Below, in pieces: positions 44,757 to 54,876 of a DNA stretch of 64,000 nt (positions are counted from its first letter, which is position 1; each line of letters starts with the position of its first letter). The notes under the pieces were generated by a model, which saw nothing but the letters and a program-made list of their open reading frames with translations, was not told where the DNA came from and did not search any database. Location of the stretch: assembly GCA_963816715.1 (NCBI GenBank), contig CAWFMJ010000015.1, positions 290,108 to 354,107 on the forward strand. Reading direction: 5' to 3'. The translations under genes were made by a program, and so were the position numbers. This DNA is from an uncultured delta proteobacterium (GTDB taxonomy: Bacteria; Desulfobacterota; Syntrophorhabdia; Syntrophorhabdales; WCHB1-27).

Positions 44757-45344
44757 TCAGATCAAAAAGTCGGAACGGGAGAGACGGGCTTTGGGCATCG
44801 GCGCATCGGCAGCGTAGCCGACAGGACAAAGCGCAGTCGGCACAAGGTGCGCAGGCAGACCGAGTACCCGGGAGACCTGAGCGGGGTCGAAGCCCGTCAT
44901 GGGGCAGGAGTCGAGGCCAAGAGATTTTGCGCCGTATACGGCGTTGGAGAGGGCGAAAAAGACCTGCTGCTGCGCCCAGGCCGGAGTGAGATTTGCCTTG
45001 ATCTGCGTTGCCATGCCCATTGCGTGCGCCAGCCATTCAGCAGGAACGCCCGCTTCCTTCATCGATTTCTCTGCCTTCGCGAGCACGTCCTCAACGTCTG
45101 TGTTCGCGCACAAAACAAGCAAGTGCGAGCAGTTGACGGCCTGCGTCTGGCCGAAGACCGCCGGGCCAAGCATTTCTCGCGTCGCCTGGTCCCTTATTAC
45201 CTTGATTTTCCAGGGCTGGAGATTGAGGGCTGACGGCGCCATGCGAATAAGATCGATAAGCTCGTCGATTTTTTCCTCCGGCGCTTTCTGTCCGGTGAAA
45301 GCCCTCGCCGCGTACCGTTTCATCACCACGTCTTTGTATTCCAT
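44757..45344 (-). CDS. Nitroreductase-family protein.
   Basis: The start is at 'MEYKDVVMKRYAARAF'. Typical nitroreductase fold motifs are present. Confidence 0.7.
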   Translation of the reverse strand: MEYKDVVMKRYAARAFTGQKAPEEKIDELIDLIRMAPSALNLQPWKIKVIRDQATREMLGPAVFGQTQAVNCSHLLVLCANTDVEDVLAKAEKSMKEAGVPAEWLAHAMGMATQIKANLTPAWAQQQVFFALSNAVYGAKSLGLDSCPMTGFDPAQVSRVLGLPAHLVPTALCPVGYAADAPMPKARLSRSDFLI

Positions 45345-45551
45345 GGAGCCTCCTCCCTGCTTTCTTGTAAACCGTAAACCAAAGATGTGAGGCCCGATCG
45401 CGGAATTCCCCCGGCCGCCCTCTTTCACTGATTATATAATCAGTGCCCGATGCTTTGCAAGAAAAGAAGACGCACAACGCATCGCGAAACGCGCACCGTG
45501 AAACGCGAAACTCAATGACCAACAGCAGCCAAAGCAGGAGTGGAAGATTCC

Positions 45552-46349
45552 TCAAGAGCGTTTCCATACGTACCTGCCGAACTTGATGGTCCGTACGCTC
45601 TCCCTATCGCACCGCGGGGCGAGGAGCCGGATTTCGTTGTCGCCGGCATCGACAAAAAGGCCCAGACAGAAAAGAAAACCTTCTTCGTCGAGGAGACCCA
45701 CCAGCCGGCCCGGTTCCGGCGGCGCAGCAGCGGCGACCAGGGTGCGGCCGGCAACCGGGAGGACGAGGAGCGATGCCCCCCGGAAATAGGCCGCAAAGAG
45801 CGCGTCTCTGTAGCGTGCCCGCTCCTGCGGGCTCCTTGGCGTCACCCCTTCTTCGGTTGAAAGGAGGAGCCATTCGACCGCCAGACGATCCGCAAGCCGG
45901 GCGATCGGCCGCGACTCGCCGCACCGGTCGATGATGACCGCCAGGTCCGGCCGGAGCGTCTCGATTTCCATTCTCTTCAGGAACCTGCCGAATGGCCCCG
46001 TCACGAGCCCGGCGCTATCGACCAAAACCCGGTTGCCGGGCATCCCGTCGACGAGACTCTTAAGGCGCGCGAGACCGTCGCGGATCTCCGGAACAACGCC
46101 GAGCGGCGAGGTGTTGCCGACGAAACAAAGCTTTTCCCCGCCGTCGGGCAACCGCAGCCCGATGGCGCCCGGCGGGCCTATGGTCGATTGGCCCGTATCG
46201 AGGTCCATGTGGAGCGGTCCCTCGCCTCGCTTTCTGAGCTCGTCGAGGAGGGACGCAACGAAATGGGTTTTTCCCGTATCGCTCTCGCCCACGCAGAGAA
46301 TCACCCTTTTATCGCTCTGGGCGATCCGGGAGACTACCCATGAGGACAT
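45552..46349 (-). CDS. P-loop NTPase of unknown function (Clp1/polynucleotide-kinase-like GTPase/ATPase).
   Basis: Walker A is 'VGESDTGKTHF'. 265 aa. Confidence 0.5.
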   Translation of the reverse strand: MSSWVVSRIAQSDKRVILCVGESDTGKTHFVASLLDELRKRGEGPLHMDLDTGQSTIGPPGAIGLRLPDGGEKLCFVGNTSPLGVVPEIRDGLARLKSLVDGMPGNRVLVDSAGLVTGPFGRFLKRMEIETLRPDLAVIIDRCGESRPIARLADRLAVEWLLLSTEEGVTPRSPQERARYRDALFAAYFRGASLLVLPVAGRTLVAAAAPPEPGRLVGLLDEEGFLFCLGLFVDAGDNEIRLLAPRCDRESVRTIKFGRYVWKRS

Positions 46350-46464
46350 TCCCGCTCTCCGCTTGGATTTCCCCCCGTTCTAGTAGAATCTATTGCGCCG
46401 GCCTTCGTTCTTGCAAGAGAGTCGTCGTGGGACGGCATCTATGGAAACGGTGGGAATTGTCCTT

Positions 46465-48639
46465 TCAAGAACTTCCTTGAACAGCGCCTTGCAGTCGCTC
46501 TTTGAGGAGCGTGTACCGCATCTGCGGCTTGTCGTTCCGCACCGCCATGCCGACGGCTTTTTTCGTTCCCAGCAGAACGACGAGCTTCTTCCCCCTCGTA
46601 ATGCCCGTGTAGAGGAGGTTTCTCTGGAGGAGGATGTAGTGCTGCATCAGGATGGGCATCACGACGACCGGATATTCCGAGCCCTGGGCCTTGTGGACGG
46701 AGGTGGCGTAGGCGAGCATCAGCTCGTCGAGGTCGGAGAAATCGTAGCTGACGAGCTTTCCGTAGAAGTCGACGTGGACCTCCTGCTCTTCACGGTCAAT
46801 CCTTCTGATCCTGCCGATATCCCCGTTGTAGACTTCCTTATCGTAGTTGTTCCTGACCTGCATCACCTTGTCGCCCGTCTTGTAGGTCCGGCCCGCCCAC
46901 AGCAGTTCGTCTTTCGAGGGGTTGAGGCGTTTCTGCAGCTCGATATTGAGATTCATGGCGCCCACCGTCCCCCGGTGCATGGGCGTGAGGACCTGAATGT
47001 CGTCGATGGGGCGGAAGCCGAACTTGCGGGGTATGCGCTCCAGGCAAAGACCGACGATCCTTTCGACCGCTGCTTCGGGCGCCTCCATCTCGATGAAGTG
47101 AAAATCGGCCCTGCCCGTTCCGTTCAGGATCGGCATTTGGCCGCTGTTTACCCGGTGGGCGTTGACGATGATCATGCTCTCCCTGGACTGGCGGAATATC
47201 TCATTGAGCCGCACTACAGGCGCCGCCCCGGAATCAATGATGTTCCCCAGCACGTTGCCCGCGCCAACCGAGGGGAGCTGGTCCACGTCGCCCACGAGGA
47301 TCAGGGTTGCCTGCAGGGGTATCGCCTTGAGCAGGTGGTACATGAGAACGGTGTCGATCATGGAGGCCTCGTCGATGACAAAGGCGTCGGCATCCAGCGG
47401 ACTCTGCTCGTCCTTCTTGAACTTTCCCTCGCCGGGGCTGAATTCGAGGAGGCGGTGTATGGTGCGCGCCTCCTGGCCCGTGGCCTCGGACATCCTGCGG
47501 GCTGCCCTGCCTGTTGGCGCCGCGAGCAGCACCCTGCGGCCGAGGCGTTTCTGTATGGCGATGATGGACTTGATGATGGTTGTCTTTCCCGTGCCCGGTC
47601 CGCCGGTGATGATCATTACTTTCCGTTCCACGGAATCGCTCACCGCCCGGGCCTGTTGGGCCGACAGGGCAAGGCCGAGCTGCTTCCCCGCGGCCTCGAC
47701 GAGCGCCTCCTTGTCGATCAGGGGCAACTGCCTCGGATGGTCGACCAGTTCTTTCAGGCGACGGGCAATCCCCGTCTCGGAAACATGGAACCGCATCAGG
47801 TAGACAGGCTTCTCTTCGTCTTCGGAAGCGGCCCATGAGTCAATCACGATCCGGCGGTCGGCTGCGGCCGAGGCCATCGCGTCGAGGATCACGCCCCGCT
47901 CGATCTCGAGCGTTTTTTCGCAATGGTCCACTAGAAGGCCGAAGGGATAGCAGACGTGCCCCTCGTCGGACAACTGGTTGAGGAGGTACTGAATGCCCGC
48001 CCTCGCCCTGGTAGGCGAATCCTTGGCGATGCCGAGCTTTTCCGCGATCCTGTCGGCCGTGACGAAACCGATGCCGAAGACGTCCTCAGCGAGCCGGTAG
48101 GGGTTTTCGCGTACAATGGCGGCGGCGTTCTTGCCGTATTGCTTGAATATCTTCACGGCGTAGGCCGGGCTGACCCCGTGCCCCTGGAGGAAGACCATGA
48201 CGTCGCGGATATCCTTCTGGGTTTGCCACGCGCTCCGTATCATCTCGATGCGCTTTTCGCCTATGCCGTCGACCTCGCCGATGCGCTCGATGTCCCCGTC
48301 GATCACGTTCAGGGTTTCCGCGGCAAATTTCGAGACGAGCCGTTTTGCCATCACGGGGCCGATGCCCTTGATCATGCCCGAGCGCAGGTAGCGCTCGATG
48401 CCCGAGACGGTGGCCGGCATCACCACTTCGCACGAAGCCGCCCTGAACTGCCGGCCGTACCGGGCGTGAACCTGCCATTCTCCCTGGAGCTTCACCGTCT
48501 CGCCGGGGTTCAAGCCGGGAGCGCTGCAGACCATCGTCACCAGGCCGGCCACGCCTTCCGCCTTCACCTGGGCGACGGTGTAGCCGTCCTGCTCGTTGAA
48601 ATAGGTGATCCTCTCGATTTGTCCCTTCAACTCGACCAT
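46465..48639 (-). CDS. recD2: RecD2-type SF1 ATP-dependent DNA helicase.
   Basis: It has an N-terminal OB/HhH region and 'ITGGPGTGKTTIIKSI' as Walker A. 724 aa. Confidence 0.85.
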   Translation of the reverse strand: MVELKGQIERITYFNEQDGYTVAQVKAEGVAGLVTMVCSAPGLNPGETVKLQGEWQVHARYGRQFRAASCEVVMPATVSGIERYLRSGMIKGIGPVMAKRLVSKFAAETLNVIDGDIERIGEVDGIGEKRIEMIRSAWQTQKDIRDVMVFLQGHGVSPAYAVKIFKQYGKNAAAIVRENPYRLAEDVFGIGFVTADRIAEKLGIAKDSPTRARAGIQYLLNQLSDEGHVCYPFGLLVDHCEKTLEIERGVILDAMASAAADRRIVIDSWAASEDEEKPVYLMRFHVSETGIARRLKELVDHPRQLPLIDKEALVEAAGKQLGLALSAQQARAVSDSVERKVMIITGGPGTGKTTIIKSIIAIQKRLGRRVLLAAPTGRAARRMSEATGQEARTIHRLLEFSPGEGKFKKDEQSPLDADAFVIDEASMIDTVLMYHLLKAIPLQATLILVGDVDQLPSVGAGNVLGNIIDSGAAPVVRLNEIFRQSRESMIIVNAHRVNSGQMPILNGTGRADFHFIEMEAPEAAVERIVGLCLERIPRKFGFRPIDDIQVLTPMHRGTVGAMNLNIELQKRLNPSKDELLWAGRTYKTGDKVMQVRNNYDKEVYNGDIGRIRRIDREEQEVHVDFYGKLVSYDFSDLDELMLAYATSVHKAQGSEYPVVVMPILMQHYILLQRNLLYTGITRGKKLVVLLGTKKAVGMAVRNDKPQMRYTLLKERLQGAVQGSS

Positions 48640-48796
48640 GGCAAAGACCTCGCTATAGTATAAAACATTTTACCGCTTAAGGGTTTCCGGGGAAGGCCTT
48701 CCGCTATGTTCGCCCGGCGAAAGATGCTATATTATAGAGAATTCGCCCAAAGCCGCTTAAGAGACCATGACGGGGATATAGAGGCCCCTTCACCGA

Positions 48797-50137
48797 GTGA
48801 AGCAGATGAAGTATGTTCTGACGATCGCCGGACACGACCTGACCAACGGGGCAGGCATCACGAAAGACCTTGAGGTCTTCTCCTCGCTGGGGCTGCACGG
48901 CCTTTCCGTTCCTACAAGCTTCGTCATCCAGGGCCCGCACGGCGTCGACAAGCCCGTTTCGGTCCCTCCGGATCATTTCTCCGTGATGCTGGAAAAGGCG
49001 GGAGCGTCCTTCCCCTTGTCGGGAATCAAAATCGGCGTCTTGCCCGACAGACCGCACGTGGAGAAGACAGCGGAGTTTCTTGCCCGTCATCAGGGGATTC
49101 CCGTGGCGCTCGACCCGGTTATCAGCGCGAAGAACGGCATAAGACTGATTTCCGACGAGGGGCTCCGTGCGCTTGTGGAGTGTCTCTTGCCGCTCGGCTT
49201 GTGCTTGACGCCCAATCTCGACGAGGCGGAAGCGCTCATCGGCCGGCGCGTCGAAGGCGTCGACGAAATGGAAGCCGCGGCCCGGGCTATTTCGGCGAAA
49301 GGGCCGAAGCAGGTAATCCTCAAGGGAGGCCACCTGGCAGGTCCGCCGGTCGATCTCCTGTTTGACGGGAACCGCTCGACCACTTACACAAGGGGAAGGG
49401 TCGACAAGACGGTCCACGGGACCGGCTGCATCTTCTCGTCAGCCCTGCTTGGGTTTATGGCGCGGGGCTACCCCGTCGCGGAGGCGTTCTTCGAGGCGGA
49501 GCGGCTTATGGACCGGCTGCTTCCGGAAAGCCGCCAGCCGGACGAGGCTTCGTACTCCTACGCGTTTCCCGGCCATGGAACGAGCCGGGACGCGGAAAAA
49601 TGGCGCATTGTCGCAGCGCTGCAAGAAGCGGCGAAGCGCCTGGAGGAGTCGAACATGGCAGAGTTGGTCCCCGCTGTTCAGCTCAATATGGGCTACGCGC
49701 TGAGCGATGCGGCCACGACGGATGACGTGGCGGCTTTTCCGGGCCGAATCGGGACCAGGCACGGGGAAATTTACGTCAAAGGAGCGGCCGAGTTCGGCGT
49801 CTCGTCCCACGTGGCCCGCTTATGCCTTGCCTATATGAAGCGTTATCCTTATCAGCGCGCTGCCGCCGGCATACGCTACGACGAGACATTCATTGAGAGA
49901 GCGCGCAAGTCGGGACTATCCGTAGCGTTCCGGGACCGCACGACCGAGCCTGACGGCGTGAAGTCCAAAGAAGGCAAAAGCCTCGATTTCATCGTGGAGG
50001 CGGCGCTCAATGCGACAGACGGTCCGCCCGACATCATTTACGATCACGGAGATGTGGGGAAGGAGCCCATAATAAGGCTTTTTGCGAGAGATCCGCAGGG
50101 GTTGTTGGAGAAGATGGAGGCGATACGACATGGTTAA
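48797..50137 (+). CDS. thiDN: Bifunctional ThiD (hydroxymethylpyrimidine/phosphomethylpyrimidine kinase) fused to a ThiN-type thiamine-phosphate synthase domain.
   Basis: The N-terminus 'VLTIAGHDLTNGAGITKDLEVFSSLG' is ThiD. The C-terminal ~170 aa are ThiN-like. It overlaps thiC by 8 nt. Confidence 0.75.
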   Translation: MKQMKYVLTIAGHDLTNGAGITKDLEVFSSLGLHGLSVPTSFVIQGPHGVDKPVSVPPDHFSVMLEKAGASFPLSGIKIGVLPDRPHVEKTAEFLARHQGIPVALDPVISAKNGIRLISDEGLRALVECLLPLGLCLTPNLDEAEALIGRRVEGVDEMEAAARAISAKGPKQVILKGGHLAGPPVDLLFDGNRSTTYTRGRVDKTVHGTGCIFSSALLGFMARGYPVAEAFFEAERLMDRLLPESRQPDEASYSYAFPGHGTSRDAEKWRIVAALQEAAKRLEESNMAELVPAVQLNMGYALSDAATTDDVAAFPGRIGTRHGEIYVKGAAEFGVSSHVARLCLAYMKRYPYQRAAAGIRYDETFIERARKSGLSVAFRDRTTEPDGVKSKEGKSLDFIVEAALNATDGPPDIIYDHGDVGKEPIIRLFARDPQGLLEKMEAIRHG

Positions 50138-51410
50138 CCAACTAATCGAAGCAAGAAAAGGAAATATCACCGAGGCGATGAAAGCCGTCGCGGCCCAGGA
50201 AGGCGTGGAGGCCGAAAGGCTCAGAGATCTCGTCGCCGCCGGCAAAGCCGTAATCCTCAGCAACGAAAAACACCGCAATCTCACCCCCCGGGGCGTGGGA
50301 GAGGACCTTTCGATTAAAGTAAATGCCAACATAGGCACCTCCTCCGAGAAGGTGGACATAGAAGAGGAGATCGAGAAGCTGCGCGTAGCCGAGGAGGCGG
50401 GCGCCGACGCCGTGATGGACCTGAGCACCGGCGGCGCCCTCGACGAGATACGCAAGATCGTCATGGAGCACGCCCATGTTCCCGTCGGCACGGTCCCCAT
50501 CTACCAGGCGGCCGTCCAGGCGGCGAAAAGGGGCGGCATTACCGGGATGACGCCCGACGAGCTCTTTGAAGCGATCGAGAAAGATGGAGCGGACGGCGTC
50601 GATTTCATTACTGTCCATGCGGGGGTCACGAGGAGCGTCATCGAGAGACTGAGGAAACAGGGCAGGATCGCCGACATCGTGAGCAGAGGGGGCGCGTTCC
50701 TCACCGAGTGGATGATCGCGAACAATAAGGAAAACCCCCTGTACGAACAGTTCGAGCGACTCGTCGCCATCGCGAAGAAGTACGATATGACCCTGAGCCT
50801 CGGGGACGGCCTCCGGCCCGGGAGCATCGCCGACGCCACCGACAGGACCCAGGTGCAGGAGTTGCTCATCCTCGGCGAGTTGTGCGACGAAGCGCAAAAG
50901 AACGGCGTCCAGGTGATGATCGAAGGGCCCGGCCATGTGCCGCTCAACCAGATAGAAGCGAATATCGTGCTCGAAAAACAACTGTGCAAAGGGGCGCCCT
51001 TTTACGTCCTGGGACCCATCGTCACGGATATCGCGCCTGGATACGACCATATCACTTCGGCCATAGGAGGGGCGCTTGCGGGATACTGCGGCGCCGACTT
51101 CATCTGCTACGTGACCCCTTCGGAACACCTCGGCCTGCCGACCGTCGCCGATGTGCGAGAAGGGGTAATCACGGCCAGAATCGCGGCCCATGCGGCCGAC
51201 CTTGCCCGGGGGAACAAGGCCGCCTGGAAAAGGGATGAAGAGATGTCCCGCTTTCGCAAGGCCCTCGACTGGGAAGGCCAAATCAAAATGAGCATCGATC
51301 CGGAGAAAATAAGGGCCTTCAGAAAAGAGCGGAGTCTCCACGACGACGTCTGCAGCATGTGCGGCGATTTCTGCGCCATGAAAATCGTCGCGGAGTACTT
51401 CAAGAAATAG
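50130..51410 (+). CDS. thiC: Phosphomethylpyrimidine synthase ThiC.
   Basis: 'MVNQLIEARKGNITEAMKAVAAQEG...' and a C-terminal CxxC...C cluster ('CSMCGDFCAMK'). Confidence 0.85.
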   Translation: MVNQLIEARKGNITEAMKAVAAQEGVEAERLRDLVAAGKAVILSNEKHRNLTPRGVGEDLSIKVNANIGTSSEKVDIEEEIEKLRVAEEAGADAVMDLSTGGALDEIRKIVMEHAHVPVGTVPIYQAAVQAAKRGGITGMTPDELFEAIEKDGADGVDFITVHAGVTRSVIERLRKQGRIADIVSRGGAFLTEWMIANNKENPLYEQFERLVAIAKKYDMTLSLGDGLRPGSIADATDRTQVQELLILGELCDEAQKNGVQVMIEGPGHVPLNQIEANIVLEKQLCKGAPFYVLGPIVTDIAPGYDHITSAIGGALAGYCGADFICYVTPSEHLGLPTVADVREGVITARIAAHAADLARGNKAAWKRDEEMSRFRKALDWEGQIKMSIDPEKIRAFRKERSLHDDVCSMCGDFCAMKIVAEYFKK

Positions 51411-51445
51411 GCGCTCCCGATTATGTCCTATTTCACTCCTGACCG

Positions 51446-52672
51446 ATGACGTACTCGACAAAATCCCTTCTCGAATGGCCTCCCCTCGCGCTCACGGTAT
51501 CGCAGGTCACCGCGCGCGTGCGCGACTGCATCAGCCGGCAGTTCAGGGACGTAATCGTGGAAGGGGAAATCTCGAATTTCAAGGTCTACCCCTCGGGCCA
51601 TCTCTACTTCACCCTCAAAGACAATGCGGCGGCGCTCAAAGCAGTCATGTTCAATTACGTGGACAAATATGGAGGCGTAGCGCTGGCGGACGGATGCGCC
51701 GTCATCTGCAAGGGCCGCATCGATGTTTACGAGAAGAGAGGCGAATACCGCCTCCTCGCCGACGAGATCGAATTGAAAGGGCAGGGCCTGCTCCAGATCA
51801 AGTTCGAAATGCTCAAGGAAAAACTGCTCAAGGAAGGTCTTTTCGAGGCAGCGGCCAAGCAGCCGCTGCCGTTCCTTCCCCGCAGGATCGGCATCATCAC
51901 CTCCCCGGCGGGCGCAGCCATCCGGGACATGCTGAAAATCATTCTCGGCAAATTCGAGAACATGCACGTGTGCATCTATCCCGTCAGAGTGCAGGGAGAG
52001 CAGGCGTGCGCGGAAGTTGTGGCGGGCATCGACTATTTCAACAGGGAAAACGATGTCGACGTGATCGTGTTGGGTCGCGGCGGCGGCTCGTTCGAAGACC
52101 TCGCCTGTTTCAACGAAGAGGCCATGGCAAGAGCCATTTATGCGTCCAGGATACCCATCATCTCCGGCATCGGTCACGAAGTCGACTTTACCATCGCCGA
52201 TTTCGTTGCCGACGTGCGGGCGCCGACGCCGACTGCCGCCGCGGACATGGTCGTAAGGGACAAGCGCGAGCTGCTGGAGCTGTTGCGCGACGAACGGCGG
52301 CGGCTGGCCAGTCACATGAAGCGGCTGCTCGAGAACAAAAGGCTGCTTCTCGCCAAAGAAACGATCGACCTGAAGGAAAAGCGGGCATTTCTCGTGAAGT
52401 GTCAGATGTACCTCGACGACCTCTCGCACACGCTCACCACGGCCTTCTCGAATCTTTTCACGGAGCAAAAGACGAGGCTCCAGGCGGCTGCCCAGAGACT
52501 CAAAGACCTTAATCCCGAAAACATCCTGAAGAGGGGCTACAGCATCACCATCCGGACCGAGACGAACACCGTGCTGCGCGAGGCAACCGAAGTCCGTCCG
52601 GGAGAACGGGTTTCAATAAAGCTCTTCCGCGGCCGGATCGAGGCCGAAGTCGAAAAAACGGAATCGGACTGA
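51446..52672 (+). CDS. xseA: Exodeoxyribonuclease VII large subunit.
   Basis: It has an N-terminal OB fold ('VEGEISNFKVYPSGHLYFTLKD') and the XseA catalytic region. Confidence 0.85.
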   Translation: MTYSTKSLLEWPPLALTVSQVTARVRDCISRQFRDVIVEGEISNFKVYPSGHLYFTLKDNAAALKAVMFNYVDKYGGVALADGCAVICKGRIDVYEKRGEYRLLADEIELKGQGLLQIKFEMLKEKLLKEGLFEAAAKQPLPFLPRRIGIITSPAGAAIRDMLKIILGKFENMHVCIYPVRVQGEQACAEVVAGIDYFNRENDVDVIVLGRGGGSFEDLACFNEEAMARAIYASRIPIISGIGHEVDFTIADFVADVRAPTPTAAADMVVRDKRELLELLRDERRRLASHMKRLLENKRLLLAKETIDLKEKRAFLVKCQMYLDDLSHTLTTAFSNLFTEQKTRLQAAAQRLKDLNPENILKRGYSITIRTETNTVLREATEVRPGERVSIKLFRGRIEAEVEKTESD

Positions 52673-52744
52673 CCCGACGCGGCTGTACTTCTCGCCTCGC
52701 TGACGCTATAATTAAGACAAATACCCATTCGGAGGATGCTGATT

Positions 52745-53281
52745 ATGGATGTCACTGAAGCGATTATGAAACGGAAAAGCATAAGGGCTTATGAGGATCG
52801 TCCGGTCTCTGCCGACCTGGTGGCGAAGATCGTTGAAGCGGGCCAGTGGGCGCCCAATGCGGGGCCTTTTCAAATTTCCGTGATCACAAAAGCCGGCCTG
52901 CGGCGAAAGATCAACGACGGCACGCTCGACGCGATGATCAATGCCAAGGAAGAATTCCCCAGGCAGCGGGCGGCCCTGCCCGGCTACCAGCCTCTCTATG
53001 GAGCGCCGGTATTGTTCCTCCTTTCTGCGCCTGCCGGACCCATGGCCGCAGTGAACGCCGCTCTCGCCGCAGAAAACATGCTCATCGAGGCCACGGGGCT
53101 GGGGCTGGGGTCATGCTATCTCATGTCGCCCACGCGCATTCTCGGAACGGACAGCGGCAAAGAACTCCTGCGGGAGGCCGGGGTGCCCGAGGGCTACGCA
53201 GTCCAGTGCGGGATAATTGTCGGACACGCCGCAACGGAGAACAAGTTCTCCCCCCTGAGCGCACAAAGAAAGGGACCGTGA
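52745..53281 (+). CDS. Nitroreductase-family protein.
   Basis: 'MKRKSIRAYEDRPV...' shows nitroreductase fold features. Confidence 0.65.
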   Translation: MDVTEAIMKRKSIRAYEDRPVSADLVAKIVEAGQWAPNAGPFQISVITKAGLRRKINDGTLDAMINAKEEFPRQRAALPGYQPLYGAPVLFLLSAPAGPMAAVNAALAAENMLIEATGLGLGSCYLMSPTRILGTDSGKELLREAGVPEGYAVQCGIIVGHAATENKFSPLSAQRKGP

Positions 53282-53489
53282 ATTACGTGGAGTAAGGGGA
53301 AGACCGGTCGCCGCTGAGAGCGCAATTGGCCCATGCATTTGCAAGAACGCGGCCAATGGGGTAAACTATAGAAGTGAAGGCGGGGGGCGTCGGGGAGGCG
53401 CCCCTTGGCCCCAGTCTTCAACAACATCAGGTGTTTTTCAGGAGCCGCAAGTCGCTCGTGGTCTAACGGGCATAATCAATTCCGACAAA

Positions 53490-54857
53490 GTGAAGGTTCT
53501 CATGGAAAGACAGTCCGGCTGGAAAAGAAAGTCTTTGGAAGAAATCAGGGAGATCAACGCGTTCTGCGAAGGCTACAAACAGTTTCTCGATGCGGCGAAG
53601 ACGGAGCGGGAAGCGGCCGCGCAAATCGAGCAAAGGCTTCAGGCTTCCGGCTTTGGGCGCGACTTGAAGGGCGGGAAGATTTATGCCGTGAACAGGGGAA
53701 AAGAGGTCGTTGCCTTCAAAAAGGGCAGCCGGGACCTAAGTCAGGGCATCAAGATCATTCTTGCCCACATCGACTCGCCGCGGCTCGATCTCAAGCAGAA
53801 CCCCCTCTACGAGGACGTCGACCTTGCCCTCCTGAGGACGCACTATTATGGCGGCATAAAGAAGTATCAGTGGGTAGCGATGCCGCTCGCCATTCATGGC
53901 GTGGTGATAAAAGCGGACGGCACGCCCGTCGACTTCACCATCGGCGAGGACCCCTCCGACCCGGTCTTTTCCATCGACGACCTCCTCCCCCATCTTTCCC
54001 GCAAGCACCAGGACGAGAAGAAACTCTCCGAGGCAATAGAGGGCGAGAAGCTGACGGTGCTCTTCGGCAGCATTCCTCTGCTCGGTGAGGAAAAGGAGCC
54101 GGTGAAGAAAGCGATCCTGGGGCTGCTCAAGGAGCGTTACGACATCGTGGAAGAAGATTTCATGAGCGCCGAGATTGAAGTGGTTCCTGCCTTCAGGGCG
54201 CGGGACGTGGGCATCGACCGGAGCATGGTGGGCGCCTACGGTCAGGACGACCGGGCATCGGCCTACCCGCTCCTCGCCGCTGTGACGGACCTCGTTGAGG
54301 AGACCTCCTGGCCGGTCCTGGCGGTTTTTGTGGATAAAGAGGAGATCGGCTCGGAAGGGAACACCGGCGCCCAATCTCACTTTATTCAGCTTTTTCTTCA
54401 GGACCTGATCGAAGCGCAGGGGCACGGCAACGTGGAAACAGTGCTGCGGCGCGCCCTCTATGCGTCAAAGGCGATCAGTGCGGATGTCAACGGCCCCATG
54501 AATCCGACCTATCAGGAAGTGCACGAGAAACAGAATGCCTGCTATCTCGGAGGCGGGATCTGCGTGACCAAGTTCACGGGCCACATGGGCAAGGTGGGGG
54601 CGAACGACGCCCATGCCGAATATATGGCCGAGATCAGGCGCATCCTTTCGACGAACAAGGTGATTTGGCAGACGGGAGAGCTGGGAAAAATCGACGAGGG
54701 CGGCGGCGGGACGGTGGCAAAGTATCTCGCCGAGTACGGCATGGACATCATCGACATGGGCGCCCCGATACTCACCATGCATTCCCCCTTTGAGATATCG
54801 AGTAAGCTCGATATCTCTGAGTCATATAAGGCTTTTAAGACGTTTTTCGCGTCGTAA
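53490..54857 (+). CDS. M18-family aminopeptidase (aspartyl aminopeptidase-like).
   Basis: 455 aa with M18 features ('IILAHIDSPRLDLK', 'HSPFEISSKLD'). Confidence 0.7.
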   Translation: MKVLMERQSGWKRKSLEEIREINAFCEGYKQFLDAAKTEREAAAQIEQRLQASGFGRDLKGGKIYAVNRGKEVVAFKKGSRDLSQGIKIILAHIDSPRLDLKQNPLYEDVDLALLRTHYYGGIKKYQWVAMPLAIHGVVIKADGTPVDFTIGEDPSDPVFSIDDLLPHLSRKHQDEKKLSEAIEGEKLTVLFGSIPLLGEEKEPVKKAILGLLKERYDIVEEDFMSAEIEVVPAFRARDVGIDRSMVGAYGQDDRASAYPLLAAVTDLVEETSWPVLAVFVDKEEIGSEGNTGAQSHFIQLFLQDLIEAQGHGNVETVLRRALYASKAISADVNGPMNPTYQEVHEKQNACYLGGGICVTKFTGHMGKVGANDAHAEYMAEIRRILSTNKVIWQTGELGKIDEGGGGTVAKYLAEYGMDIIDMGAPILTMHSPFEISSKLDISESYKAFKTFFAS

Positions 54858-54876
54858 CACGGAGGCTTATCAACGT

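Noticed and set aside
46393-47838. A 481-aa plus-strand ORF antisense to recD2. Also the 878-aa ORF at 60505-63141 antisense to the aldehyde oxidoreductase, and the 266-aa ORF at 24646-25446 antisense to JAB-E1.
   Set aside because: The opposite-strand genes have unambiguous family motifs. These frames have none.
48640-48800. A possible TPP riboswitch upstream of thiDN-thiC.
   Set aside because: I could not find the conserved CUGAGA / ACCUGAUCUGGAUAAUGCCAGCG core by eye. I left it as unverified rather than annotating it.
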